This document shows positions 44,992 through 64,000 of a DNA stretch of 64,000 nucleotides, piece by piece. A program made the translations under genes and the position numbers. Location of the stretch: assembly GCF_009914755.1 (NCBI RefSeq), contig NC_060926.1; one strand, given 5' to 3'. The notes under the pieces were generated by a model, which worked only from the letters and a program-made list of their open reading frames with translations, was not told the DNA's origin and did not search any database. Numbering within the stretch: position 1 is the first letter of the stretch; each line of letters starts with the position of its first letter. The DNA comes from the human T2T-CHM13v2.0 reference genome, Homo sapiens.

Positions 44992-46178
44992 TCGGGGCCA
45001 TGCAGCCACTGCCCACAAGATCCATAACTAGACAGTGTCCTTGTAAAGGGAAACACCAAGAGACTTTAGCCTCAGGCTCAGCTGAGAAAAACTAGGGCCC
45101 AAATCATTTGTGGCCAAAGTGGAATGCAGAGGAAATACATGGAGGAGATCACAGACCCTGGGCTTCTCCTGTGAGGCCAGGTGGACACCTGTCACCTTCA
45201 GAGGCCCGAAGAGAAAAGCAGAGAGAAAAATGCCTCACTGTTCCTGATACAGCACCTGCCCCCAAAATAATTCCACAGGAAAGCACCAAATCAAGGAATT
45301 ACGGTGCTATCCTGACACCCAGCTTTTGAGAAGAGATTATAATTTATCAGTGAGAAATAGAAACAGGATACATAGCCTCTGGGGCCAAAAGATTTAATAT
45401 TTCAATTTGTTTGGGGTTTATTTTTTTCGTGATTTTACCTATTTCTTCTATGTTTGGCTCCTGACCCACCCATAGCTGAAGAAGGTATCTGTGTGGCAAG
45501 GACACACTGCGGGGCCTTCCCAGAACGTGTAACCGATAATGCACTTATGTTAGTTGTTATCACCCTGGAACCAGCAAGCTTGATGATAGGTGTATAAAGT
45601 CAGATCATTTCCAAATACGTTTGGAGAAAGAGAAGCTGGAATGGAAGAGTTTATTTTGTTTTTCCCAGTAGGTCAGTTTTAGAATCACAAAGTGTTCTGG
45701 GGTCACTTGGAAAATAAAGAAAACAGAATGTATCCAATTGCTGCCCAGGCTGGGGAAGCAAATCTCCAAATCACACAGAACTAGGAAGGATTTGGTTTCA
45801 TTAAAAGCAGCCACTAGCATTTGGCCCTTGAAGATGAAAGTAAAAGCCCCTTAAACAGGCTCGAACACAAGCTGAATTTGCGGACAAGTCCCTGGGGTGC
45901 TAGGATTGTTTCAAAGGAAGGCATGAACGTCCACAGCTTCCCAGAGATTTGAAAAAGGAGAACAGTTCCAAACACATTTATGCCAACCTCGTGGAAGAGA
46001 CTGTGGAATGAGGAGCCAACATTTCGGGTGCTAAAGAAATGCTTTGATTTAATACTTATAATAGCCATATGTATATTACTATTCCCATTTTACTGATGAG
46101 GAAACTGAGGCCTCGGTGAGGATCAGTGGCCTGCTGAAGTTCATGTAATAAGTGATGGTCTCAGAAATGCAACAGAAG

Positions 46179-46180
<2 letters not shown>

Positions 46181-46216
<36 letters not shown>

Positions 46217-46496
46217 GAGACAGTCTCACTCTGTCACCCGGGCTGGAATGCAGCAGTATGATCTCAACTCACTGCAACCACTGCCTCCCGAGTTCAAGCA
46301 AATCTCCTGCCTCAGCCTCCCAAAAAGCAGGGATTACAGGCGTGTGCCACCACACCTGGCTAATTTTTGTATTTTTAGTAATGACGGGGTTTCAGCATGT
46401 TGATCAAGCTGGTCTCGAACACCTGACCTCAAGTGATCCACCCGACTCAGCCTCCCAAAGTGCTGGGATTACAGGTGTGAGCCACCATTCCTGGCT
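46181..46496 (-). mobile_element. AluS
   Basis: Antisense Alu dimer. TSD AGAAGTCTTTT. Confidence 0.92.
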
Positions 46497-49400
46497 CAAG
46501 AAGTCTTTTGAACATCAAAGTCCATGTTCTTGTTACTGCTTAACAGAAAAATTCATGTTTTCAAGTCAGTGGGTCAGATTCTTTCCAGGCCTAAATTTTC
46601 AGGTCATCATAAATCAGGCCCTTTGGCCTTTTCCTTTGAGTCCACCAGTTTATATTCTACTCTAGCCTGGTTCTCAGGCAATTACTAGAAGTCTGTGTCC
46701 CAGGCTCAATGTTTGGGTTACTATGCTCATTTACTAATTGGTGTGTTCATACCAGCCTTCCTTCAAAAAGAACAAAAGGTAGTTATGCAGGCTCTGTAAA
46801 CTCCACAAGAGAACAAAAGGAGTCAGAAATGAAGCCCAAAAAATGCATGTCCTAATTGCCATATACTTTTATGTCTGATAGGCCACAGATCTGTGGTTCT
46901 GAGTTAACACTGATCTTAAAAAGGAAATAAAGAACGAGAGAAATAATGGAGGAGAGAAGGAAGAGAGGAAGGGAGGAAAGACATCAGATTCACTATGTCC
47001 AAAAAATGTTTGAAAACAAAACACCAGATGAAATAATAACACTATCTCTGACATTTTTATAATCATAAACTAAGGACACACTATATAGAGCTAAATCATA
47101 AATCAGCTTTTATCCTACAGAACATTTCAATGAAAGCCGTTCTGCAGAAAGTCGGTGCAACACTGTCTCCTAAGCATCCTTCTTGGCTTTCTGCTAAGAC
47201 AGCACCAGGGTCTCAGTTTCAAAAGCCTCAGACTACACTCTTTCTGGGGACAACTCATACTGGCTCTTGGTCACAAGAAAGGTCACAACAGAATGTGCAT
47301 GGATCCCTACAAAGCCTACCCCAGGTGAAAAACATCTGCCCTCTGGAAGTTAGACATCTTCCCTATAGGTGCATGTCAAAGCTGATTTGGGCAATCTTCC
47401 TAAAGGCCCAGAGTCACATCTAAGAGAGTGAAAGCACCTTCCTTTTCTTCAAGATTAGCTCTGGTCCTGGGAAAACCTACTTCTCTAGAGTCTGTCTCAC
47501 GTTTCCAGCTAAAATAATTCTAAATGCCCATCAAGACCCAACTTCTGGTTTAAAGAATTTTAGACATTTCATTTTTTCCTCAATGTTCTCTCTCTTGTGA
47601 GAGCTCCTGAATCCCAAGGAACAATCCAGTTTGTCAGATTTCCAGCCTGAGTTTGCCATCCCAAGTCTACATACAAGCTTCATTTTCTGTTCTGAAATCA
47701 CTCACTCTCCTCCCTCTCCCATCATGAAACCCCATCAGGAACAGCAAGGGGGCAGAGAGACACTCACTATCCCTCCAGCAGCCTCTGCCTGTGGATGGCC
47801 AGGTCAGGGAGGGACAGGAGCGCAAAGCACTGGGGACAAGGAGTGTCACCATGCACGACTCCTCCAGCCTGTTGTCTGACAAGGCTTAAAAGAACCCTCT
47901 CCGGGTCTGGTTCTCCTGCATGGTGCACACTTCAGGAGGTGAATCCAAGGGCCTTTTCCAGCCAGGGTTTCTGAATGTCTCCATGCTGAGAGGTGAAGTA
48001 CTTGACATTTGGCTGCCATGCTGTTGTGAGCACGTCTGATTTTGCACAAGGCATGTGGAAATCAGAATGTACCTGTCACAGGTGTCAACCTCTGTCTGAC
48101 GGGTACAGATCTGGAGAGTGGTCACAACTTGCTGTTCCTCGTTGCAAATATCTTCTTTGTGACCTTTCATCTGCAGATGAGCAGGCACCAGGCTTTACAT
48201 GCTAATGTGTCCCTTTGCATTCCATGGTTTTCCTTCCAGTTTTAAGGCTGTATGAAGGGAATTCATGAGACAAAGTAGCTGGGGGTGAGAAGAGTTGTCA
48301 CTAAGACCACAGGAAGCATGCTTGGAAATGGCATTGATTTTTTCTGGCCACCAGGATACCAGTGGAGAGTTACAGCTTTTATATAATAAGTGAACTTACC
48401 AATCTTGTGCACATTTAAGAATATATGATTTGATACCCCTTTACATTTATTTAGGCATACCCTGTCTCGTTTGACAAAAGATTACAGATAACTATTACAT
48501 CTTATAGAGCATAGGCAATTTTCCCATTGTCTTAAATTTTCATAATATACATTAGACCCAGTTAACTAATTACTTTTTAGGGAACATGATTTTTCATTAA
48601 GCACACCACTGTTGGTAATAACATGGTTGCCATTGGGAACTAGTACTGCTCAAGGTGGAAAAAAAAATTTGTTATTTTGTTTGAGTCGCTGGCTACTCAA
48701 GTAACACCATGTTCTTTCATTGATGGATGGTGGCTGGAAATTTCTTCTAGTTTTATGAGTGTTTCAACTCTTCTTATTGAGTTTGTAAGATAATCTTTCT
48801 TTCAATTTTTGTTTACTGTATTATCACCTTCATGTATCAAAACAAAATATATTTACAGCCATTAAATTTCTTATTGAAATTCCTAACCAAAAAATTATGT
48901 CGAATGTGTATTTTTTTTTGTACCTCTGAAACTCTGTAAACCCAAAACTTCACAAAGAGTCATGGCCAAGATCTGCTTCCCTGGAACAGAAACCACTGGA
49001 GCCAGAAACTGGAAGAAACACTTAAGCAGTAATTTTGATGAATTGTTTCTGGCTGAATATGGACTAGCAGGAGAGTGAAAAACTCCTAGAGGCCACGATG
49101 TTAGCGGGGTCACTACACTTTTATGAGTTTACCTCCAGGAACCCTACCAGGTTTTCACAGTGCAAAACCAAGAAAGATCTCATGGCTATAAAAGAAGGTG
49201 GGAAAAAATAATCATTTTAAAATACATCAAGAACATTATCCATGTAAAGTCCTGTGCTGTAGGGAAAACAAACTTTCCCAGATCCTCATTCCATATATGA
49301 GAAGGGACATTTACCCAACATTTACAGCACACCGTAGCCTTCCTGTCTCACCTAAGGAGAGAAGCACCTAAGTAACATTTGCGTGAGTCACAGCCTAGGT

Positions 49401-50237
49401 CCACTAAAACACTAAGCTTTTATCATAAGATTATAGAACATTTTTCCTCCTCCACATCTACATCACACCACATCAATAGGACTCTAGTATAATAACAGTA
49501 CATTACTGCTATAAGAACTGCAGGGTACAGACTTTACTTAAGGAGGAATCCTTAAAGAAGCCCCTCAAAGAAAACATTGGAGGCAAACAGAAGGACACTA
49601 GAGATAATAGAAGCCCCTGGCACATAAAGCTACTGAACACATCAAGCAAGCCCAGCTTCAAGCCAGATTAACTTAGAATCTCATACTAAAGGACTTTTAC
49701 CTCATTTCTTATTACCCAATACATCACGCCCAGCTTTTAACAAAAAATTATAAGACATGCTGGAAAAGCAGGAAAAAACACAGTCTGAGGAGCAAAGCAA
49801 GAATTAGAACCATACTCAGTTATGACACAGATTGTGGAAGTATCAGATAGAAAATGTAAAACAACTACAATTGGTGTTTTAAGGGTATCAATGAAAAAAG
49901 TAAACAAAATGCAAAAACAGATGAGCAAGCTAAGCAAAGAGGTGAAAACTCTAAGAAAGAATAAAAAATAATGCTAGAAATAAAAAGCACTGTAACAGAA
50001 ATGAAGAATGCTTTTGATGAGCTCATTGATAGAATGATCATGGCCAAGGAAAACCTTCTAGGTTGAAATACAAAGAGAAAAAGAATAATAAAAATGGAAC
50101 AAAACATCAAAAAAACTGTGGAATAATTTTTTAAAGTATAACATAAGCATAACTGGAAGATCAGAATGACAAGAAAGAGAGATGAGAAGAAAATATATAT
50201 GAGGTAACAATGGCCAAGAATTTAACAAAATTAATGA

Positions 50238-50704
<467 letters not shown>

Positions 50705-51934
50705 TCATCAGAAGCCATGAAGGCAGGAGAGAGTGGAGCAAAATATTTAAAGTATTAAATGAAAGAAAAACAACAAAATAGATTTATAAGTCCAACAAAA
50801 AAAACTTTAAGTGAAGGAGAAATGGTCATTCAGATAAACAAACACAGAGAATTTATCTCCCGACTTGTTCTATGAGAAAAGATAAAAGAAGTTCTTCAAG
50901 GAAATGGAAAGTGATAAAAGTCAGAAACTTCAATCTACATAAAGAAAGGAAAAGTATAAGATAAAGAATAAATAAAGGTAAAACCTCTTTATTTTCCTTA
51001 TTCTTAGTTAATCTAAAAGATAACTGTTTAATACTACTGATAGTGTATTGGTGATTGTAGCATATGAATAAATGGAATGAATGATAGCAATGTCATAAGA
51101 AATGGTAGAGAATAATTGGTTTGGAATACTTTATTATAAGGTACTTGAACTTCATCTGAAACAATATAGTTATTTGAGGTAGACCTAGATTACTATCATT
51201 GTAAATGTGCATTGCAAACTCTAGGAGAAAAAAAAATAAGTATAATCAATATGTTAAGAGAGGAGATAAAACTAATTGTATAAAATGCTCAATGAAAACC
51301 AGGGAGTGCATAAAGAGAGGTAAAAGAAAAAAAAACAATAAACAAGTGAAACAAATAGAAATTACAACATAGGTATTTAATCCAACTCTATCAATAATCC
51401 CTTTAAGTGTGAATATTGATCTAAATACATCAATTAAAAGACAGACAGTATCAGAGTGGTTTAAAAAATAAACAACACAAAAATGTAGGTTGTCTATAAG
51501 GGGCTCATTTTTAATATAAAAACTCACATAGGTTAAAAGTTAAATGATAGAAAAATATGTGCCATGACAATACTGATAAAAGAAGGCTAGAGTAGCTATA
51601 TTAATCTTAGACAAACTAGACCTCAGAACAAGGAAAATTATCAGGGATAAAGAGAATACTATATAATGATGGAGTTAATTCTCTAAGAAAACATAAACTT
51701 TTTTAACATCTATGTACCCAACAACAGAGTGTCAAAATATATGAGGCAAAAATTGATAAAACTTCAAGGAGAAATAAACAAATCTACTATTATTGTTGGA
51801 GATGTTTAACACTCCTCTTTCAATAATTGACAGACCAAGCAACCAGAAAACAAGTAAGGATATGGTTGGCCTGAATGGCACTTTAATAAATTTGATTTTA
51901 TTGACATTTATAGAAAATTGACTCCAAAACAGCA

Positions 51935-52366
51935 TATCATAGTCTGTTTGAACTATTAGGTTGGTGGAAAAGTAATTGTGGTTTGCCATTATTTTCAAAG
52001 GCAAATTACTTTTTCACCAACCTAATTATAACACAATACCATAGACTGGATGACTTATAAACAACAGAAATTTGTTTTCACAGTTCTGGGGCCTGAAAAG
52101 TTCAAGATCAAGATGGCATCAGATTCAACGTCTGGTGAGGACCCACTTCCTGGCTCACAGATGGCCACCTTTCTTCTGTGTCCTCACATGGCAGAAGGGG
52201 CAAAAGAGCTAAGACTTTTTTTTTAAGGGAACTAATTCCATTCATGAGGGCTCCACCCTCGGGACTTAATCACCTCCCAGAGGCTTTACCTCCTAATATC
52301 ACTACCTTGGAGGTCAGGATTTTAATACCTGAATTTGGAAAGGTACACAAATGTAAGTCTATAGCA
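51935..52366 (-). mobile_element. MLT1A-like solo LTR inserted in the L1M
   Basis: ATAACACAATACCATAGACTGGATGACTTATAAACAACAGAAATT...TGTGTCCTCACATGGCAGAAGGGGCAA...CTATAGCA. 5-bp TSD CAGCA. Confidence 0.85.
51956..52025. mobile_element. MADE1 (internally deleted) inserted in the MLT1A
   Basis: TTAGGTTGGTGGAAAAGTAATTGTGG...AATTACTTTTTCACCAACCTAA. Confidence 0.88.
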
Positions 52367-53385
52367 CAGCAGAATGCACCTTCTTCTCAAATTCACATGG
52401 AAAATTCACCAAGATAAACCACATTCTGGTCATAAAACATACCTTCACAAATTTAAAATAATAGAAATCATACAAAGTATGTTCTTAGGCCATGACAGGA
52501 TTAAACTATATAAATTAAATCAGAAAGATAGCTAGAAAAAACACAAATACTGAGCATCTTAATAACTCACTTCTAAATAACATATGAGTCAACAAGAAAG
52601 ATAAATTACAACATATTTTGAACTAAAGAAAGTAAAAATACAATTTATCAAAATGTGTGGGCTGCAGCAAAAGCAGTACTTAGAGGCAAATTTATGGCAT
52701 TGAATGAATATATCAGAAAAGAAGAAATATTTAAAGATAATAATCTAAGATTCTACCTTAAGAAACTAGAGAAATAAGAGTAATTTATGTAAGCAGAAGC
52801 AAATTAGAGCAAAATTCAATAAAACTGAAAACAGGAAAACAATAGAGAAAAATAACAAAACCAAAAGCTGGTTCTTTGAGAAGATTAATACAATGTATAA
52901 GCCTCTAGCCAGATTAACTAAGAAAAAGACACAAACTACCAATATGATAGACATAAAAGAAGGCTATCATTAATGATTCCATAAGTATTAAAGGAAGACT
53001 AGAAACAGCTTTATGCCAACACATTTTATACCTTAAATAAAAGAGACCAATTCCTTGAAAGACACAAGCTAGCAAAACCCACACAAAGAGAAATAATCTC
53101 AGTAGGCCTATATCTACTAAAGGAATTGTTAACAACCTTCCAAAAAGGAAAGCACTAGATCCAGATGATTTTGCTTGTGAATTCTACTAGACATCAAAGA
53201 AGAAATTATACCAATTCTCTACAACCTCTTCAGAAAAATAGAAGCAGAGTAAAGGCAGAAAGAGTTAGCCATAATTCATTCTCTTAAGCCAATATTACTT
53301 TAATACCAAAACCAAATAAAAGACACTCCAAAAAAGGAGGACTACAGATCTATATCTCTCATAAACCTAAATACAAAAGTCCTCA

Positions 53386-53929
<544 letters not shown>

Positions 53930-54111
53930 TCAATTAATGTAATCTCCCGCATGAACAGACAAAAAAGAATATTCACACAATCATAAGACTAGATGCAGAA
54001 AACGTGTTTGACAAAAATTCAACACCCATTCATGATTTAAAAAAAAAAAATCTTAGCAAACTAGGAATAGAGGGAAAGTTTCTCAACTGGACAAAGAACA
54101 TCTACCAGCTT

Positions 54112-54329
54112 GCTGGGTGCCACAGCTTATGCCTGTAATCACAGCACTTTGCGGGGTCAAGGGAGGAGGAATGCTTGTGCCCAGGAGTACAAGAGGAGCC
54201 TGGGTAACACAATAAGACCTCGTCTCTTCAAATATAAAAATGAAAAAAACTAGCCAAGTGTAGTGGCGTGTACCTGTAGTCCTAGCTACTCATGAGGCTG
54301 AGACTGGGGGATCTTTCGAGCCCAGTGGG
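54112..54329 (+). mobile_element. AluJ lacking the distal right arm
   Basis: Diverged Alu text. TSD AAAGAACATCTA(C/T)CA on both sides. Confidence 0.8.
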
Positions 54330-55619
54330 AAAATAAAGAACATCTATCAACAAATATACAGCTAGCATCATACTTAATGATGAGAAACTAGATGTTTTCC
54401 TCCTAAGACAAGGAACAAGGCAAGGATGTCCCCTCTCACCACTCTATTCAACATCATACTAGAAGTCCTAGCTAACACAGGAAGAGAAGAAAAAAAAATG
54501 TTATACATATTGACAAAGAAAAACTGTTTTTGTTCTCAGGTGACATGATTGCCAATGTATAAATACTAAGAATTGACCCCAATACAATATTTTAAACTAA
54601 TAAATGTTCACAGCAAGTTTGCTATACAAGCAATATGAGATAAATATACAAAACTCAATTGCTTTTCTATACACCAACAATAAACAATTGGAATTTGAAA
54701 TTTATAAAAAAGGGGGGAGGAGCCAAGATGGCCGAATAGGAACAGCTCCGGTCTACAGCTCCCAGCGTGAGTGACGCAGAAGATGAGTGATTTCTGCATT
54801 TCCATCTGAGGTACCGGGTTCATCTCACTAGGGAGTGCCAGACAGTGGGCGCGGGTCAGTGGGAGCACTCACTGTGCGCGAGCCGAAGCAGGGCGAGGCT
54901 CTTGCCTCACTCGGGAAGTGCAAGGGGTCAGGGAGTTTCCTTTCCTAGTCAAAGAAAGGGCTGACAGACGGCACCTGGAAATCAGGTCACTCCCAACCGA
55001 ATACTGCACTTTTCCAACAAGCTTAAAAAACGACGCACCAGGAGATTATATCCCGCACCTGGCTCAGAGGGTCCTACGCCCACGGAGTCTCACTGATTGC
55101 TAGCACAGCAGTCTGAGATCAAACTGCAAGGTGGCAGTGAGGCTGGGGGAGGGGCGCCCGCCATTGCCCAGGCTTGCTTAGGTAAACAAAGCAGCCAGGA
55201 AGCTCGAACTGGGTGGAGCCCACATCAGCTCAAGGAGGCCTGCCTGCCTCTGTAGGCTCCACCTCTGGGGGCAGGGCACAGACAAACAAAAAGACAGCAT
55301 TAACCTCTGCAGACTTAAATGTCCCTGTCTGACAGCTTTGAAGAGAGCAGGGGTTCTCCCAGCATGCAGCTGGAGATCTGAGAATGGGCAGACTGCCTCC
55401 TCAAGTGGGTCTCTGACCCCTGACCCCTGAGTAGCCTAACTGGGAGGCACCCCCCAGCAAGGGCACACTGACACCTCACACGGCGGGGTACTCCAACAGA
55501 CCTGCAGCTGAGGGTCCTGTCTGTTAGAAAGAAAACTAACAAACAGAAAGGACATCCACACCAAAAACCCATCTGTACATCACCATCATCAAAGACCAAA
55601 AGTAGATAAAACCACAAAG

Positions 55620-56636
55620 ATGGGGAAAAAACAGAGCAGAAAAACTGGAAACTCTAAAAAGCAGAGCGCCTCTCCTCCTCCAAAGGAACGCAGTTCCTCA
55701 CCAGCAACGGAACAAAGCCGGACAGAGAACAACTTTGACGAGCTGAGAGAAGAAGGCTTCAGACGATCAAATTACTCTGAGCTACGGGAGGACATTCAAA
55801 CCAAAGGCAGAGAAGTTGGAAACTTTGAAAAAAATTTAGAAGAATGTATAACTAGAATAACCAATACAGAGAAGTGCTTAAAGGAGCTGATGGAGCTGAA
55901 AATCAAGGCTCGAGAACTACGTGAAGAATGCAGAAGCCTCAGAAGCCGAGGCGATCAACTGGAAGAAAGGGTATCAGCGATGGAAGATGAAATGAATGAA
56001 ATGAAGCGAGAAGGGAAGTTTAGAGAAAAAAGAATAAAAAGAAATGAGCAAAGCCTCCAAGAAATATGGGACTATGTGAAAAGACCAAATCTACATCTGA
56101 TTGGTGTACCTGAAAGTGACGGGGAGAATGGAAACAAGTTGGAAAACACTCTGCAGGATATTATCCAGGAGAAATTCCCCAATCTAGCAAGGCAGGCCAA
56201 CATTCAGATTCAGGAAATACAGAGACCGCCACAAAGATACTCCTCGAGAAGAGCAACTCCAAGACACATAATTGTCAGATTCACCAAAGTTGAAATGAAG
56301 GAAAAAATGTTAAGGGCAGCCAGAGAGAAAGGTCGGGTTACCCTCAAAGGGAGGCCCATCGGACTAACAGCAGATCTCTTGACAGAAACTCTACAAGCCA
56401 GAAGAGAGTAGGGGCCAATATTCAACATTCTTAAAGAAAAGAATTTTCAACCCAGGATTTCATATCCAGCCAAACGAAGCTTCATAAGTGAAGGAGAAAT
56501 AAAATACTTTACAGACAAGCAAATGCTGAGAGATTTTGTCACCACCAGGCCTGCCCTAAAAGAGCTGCTGAAGGAAGTGCTAACCATGGAAAGGAACAAC
56601 CGGTACCAGCCGCTGCAAAATCATGCCAAAATGTAA
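55620..56636 (+). pseudogene. L1 ORF1p, premature TAG at 56409
   Basis: 263 aa MGKKQSRK...QARRE* (TGG>TAG). Confidence 0.93.
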
Positions 56637-56699
56637 AGACCATCGAGCCTAGGAAGAAACTGCATCAACTAACGAGCAAAATAACCAGCTAACATCATA

Positions 56700-60523
<3,824 letters not shown>

Positions 60524-61349
60524 AACAATGAGAACACACGGACACAGGAAGGGGAACATCACACTCTGGGGACTGTTGTGGGGTGGGGGGAGGGGGGAGG
60601 GATAGCATTGGGAGATATACCTAATGCTAGATGACGAGTTAGTGGGTGCAGCGCACCAGCATGGTACATGTATACATATGTAACTAACCTGCACATTGTG
60701 CACATGTACGCTAAAACTTAAAGTATAATAATAATAAATAAAAAAAGAACAATGAAAAAAAAATTCTGCCCTTCAAAAGATACTATTATGTGGTAATAAA
60801 AGAGAAGATGTATACTGAAAAAATAAAAAAAAGAAATTTATAAAAATAGACAATATTATTAAAATAACATCAAAAATATAAAATACTTAGGTATAAATCT
60901 AACAAAATATGACAAGTTTTACATGAGGAAAACTATTAAACTTTGCTAAAAGAAATCAAATGAGAGCTAAGTAAATAGAGAGATATTCTGTATTCATGGA
61001 TTATGATGCCAATTCTTCCCAACCTGTTTTATAGATTCAGCACAATCCACTCAAAACCCCAGTAAGCTATTTGTAAATATTGGTAAACTGCACCCAAAAA
61101 TTATATGGAAGGCAAAAGATTTATAAGAGCCAATACAATACTGAAGAATAACAACAAAGTTGGAGGATTCACTATAAAGCTACAATAATCAAGAACACTG
61201 GTGAAAGAATAGATACATAGATCAATCAAACACAACAGAGAGCCCAGAAATTGACCCAAACAAATATAGTTGACTGGTCTTTGAGAAAGGAGCAAAGGAA
61301 ATTCAATAGAGAAAAGCTAGTGTATTCAACAAATGATGCTGGAACAATT

Positions 61350-63490
<2,141 letters not shown>

Positions 63491-64000
63491 AAATGATGCT
63501 AGAATAATTACATGTTTATATGTGAAAAAAATGGAACAGGATATAGTTCTCACACCTTTCACAAAAATTAATTAAAATGGGTCATAGAACTAACTATGAA
63601 ATTCAAAACTATAAAGCTTCTAGGAGAAAATATAAGTGAGTTTTAGTTTAGCAATGAGTTTTTATACAGACAATGTAAATAGAAAAGCATAAGACATGAA
63701 AGAGAAAATTTGGTAAACTGGACTTTATTAAAATTTAAGACTTCTCCTCTGTAAAAGACACCGTTAAGTGAATAAATGTGTGAGCCACAGACTGGGAGAA
63801 AATATTTGCAAAACATGTGTCTATAAGGGTCTTCTATCCAAAATGTACCACAACCCTTAAAACTTAAACAATAAGAAAACAAACAATCCAACTTAAAAAA
63901 GCACAAAAGATCTGAACACACACCTCATCAAAAAAGATATAACGATTGCAAATAAGCTTATGAAAATATAGTTAATGTCTTATACCATAAGGGAATTACA

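Overview
Repeat-rich human non-coding DNA (intergenic or intronic). A near-pristine AluYa4/Ya5-type element points to human. I find no credible host protein-coding exon, tRNA, rRNA or CRISPR array. All long ORFs belong to LINE-1 copies. The window holds the 5' 2 kb of an older L1PA6-8-type element (-), a full-length dead L1PA2 (+, 6881-12957) and a full-length dead L1PA3 (+, 54712-60746) carrying a ~70-bp 3' transduction. A long ancient L1M (+, ~48.9-64 kb) has accumulated nested insertions: AluYa4/5, MLT1A>MADE1, two Alus, the L1PA3 and an inverted L1PA8-like fragment. Many Alu, MIR, L2, MLT, MER5A and CR1 fragments and microsatellites fill the rest. The least explained structure is a ~95.5%-identical 442-bp inverted duplication (29308-29749 / 31835-32425) that I cannot assign to a repeat family. 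All 20 substitutions between its arms are transitions, and the left arm lies just inside a candidate exon. Two templated-insertion repair scars are also visible. I do not see convincing evidence of a new multi-gene system. Subfamily calls come from remembered consensus diagnostics and need RepeatMasker/Dfam confirmation.
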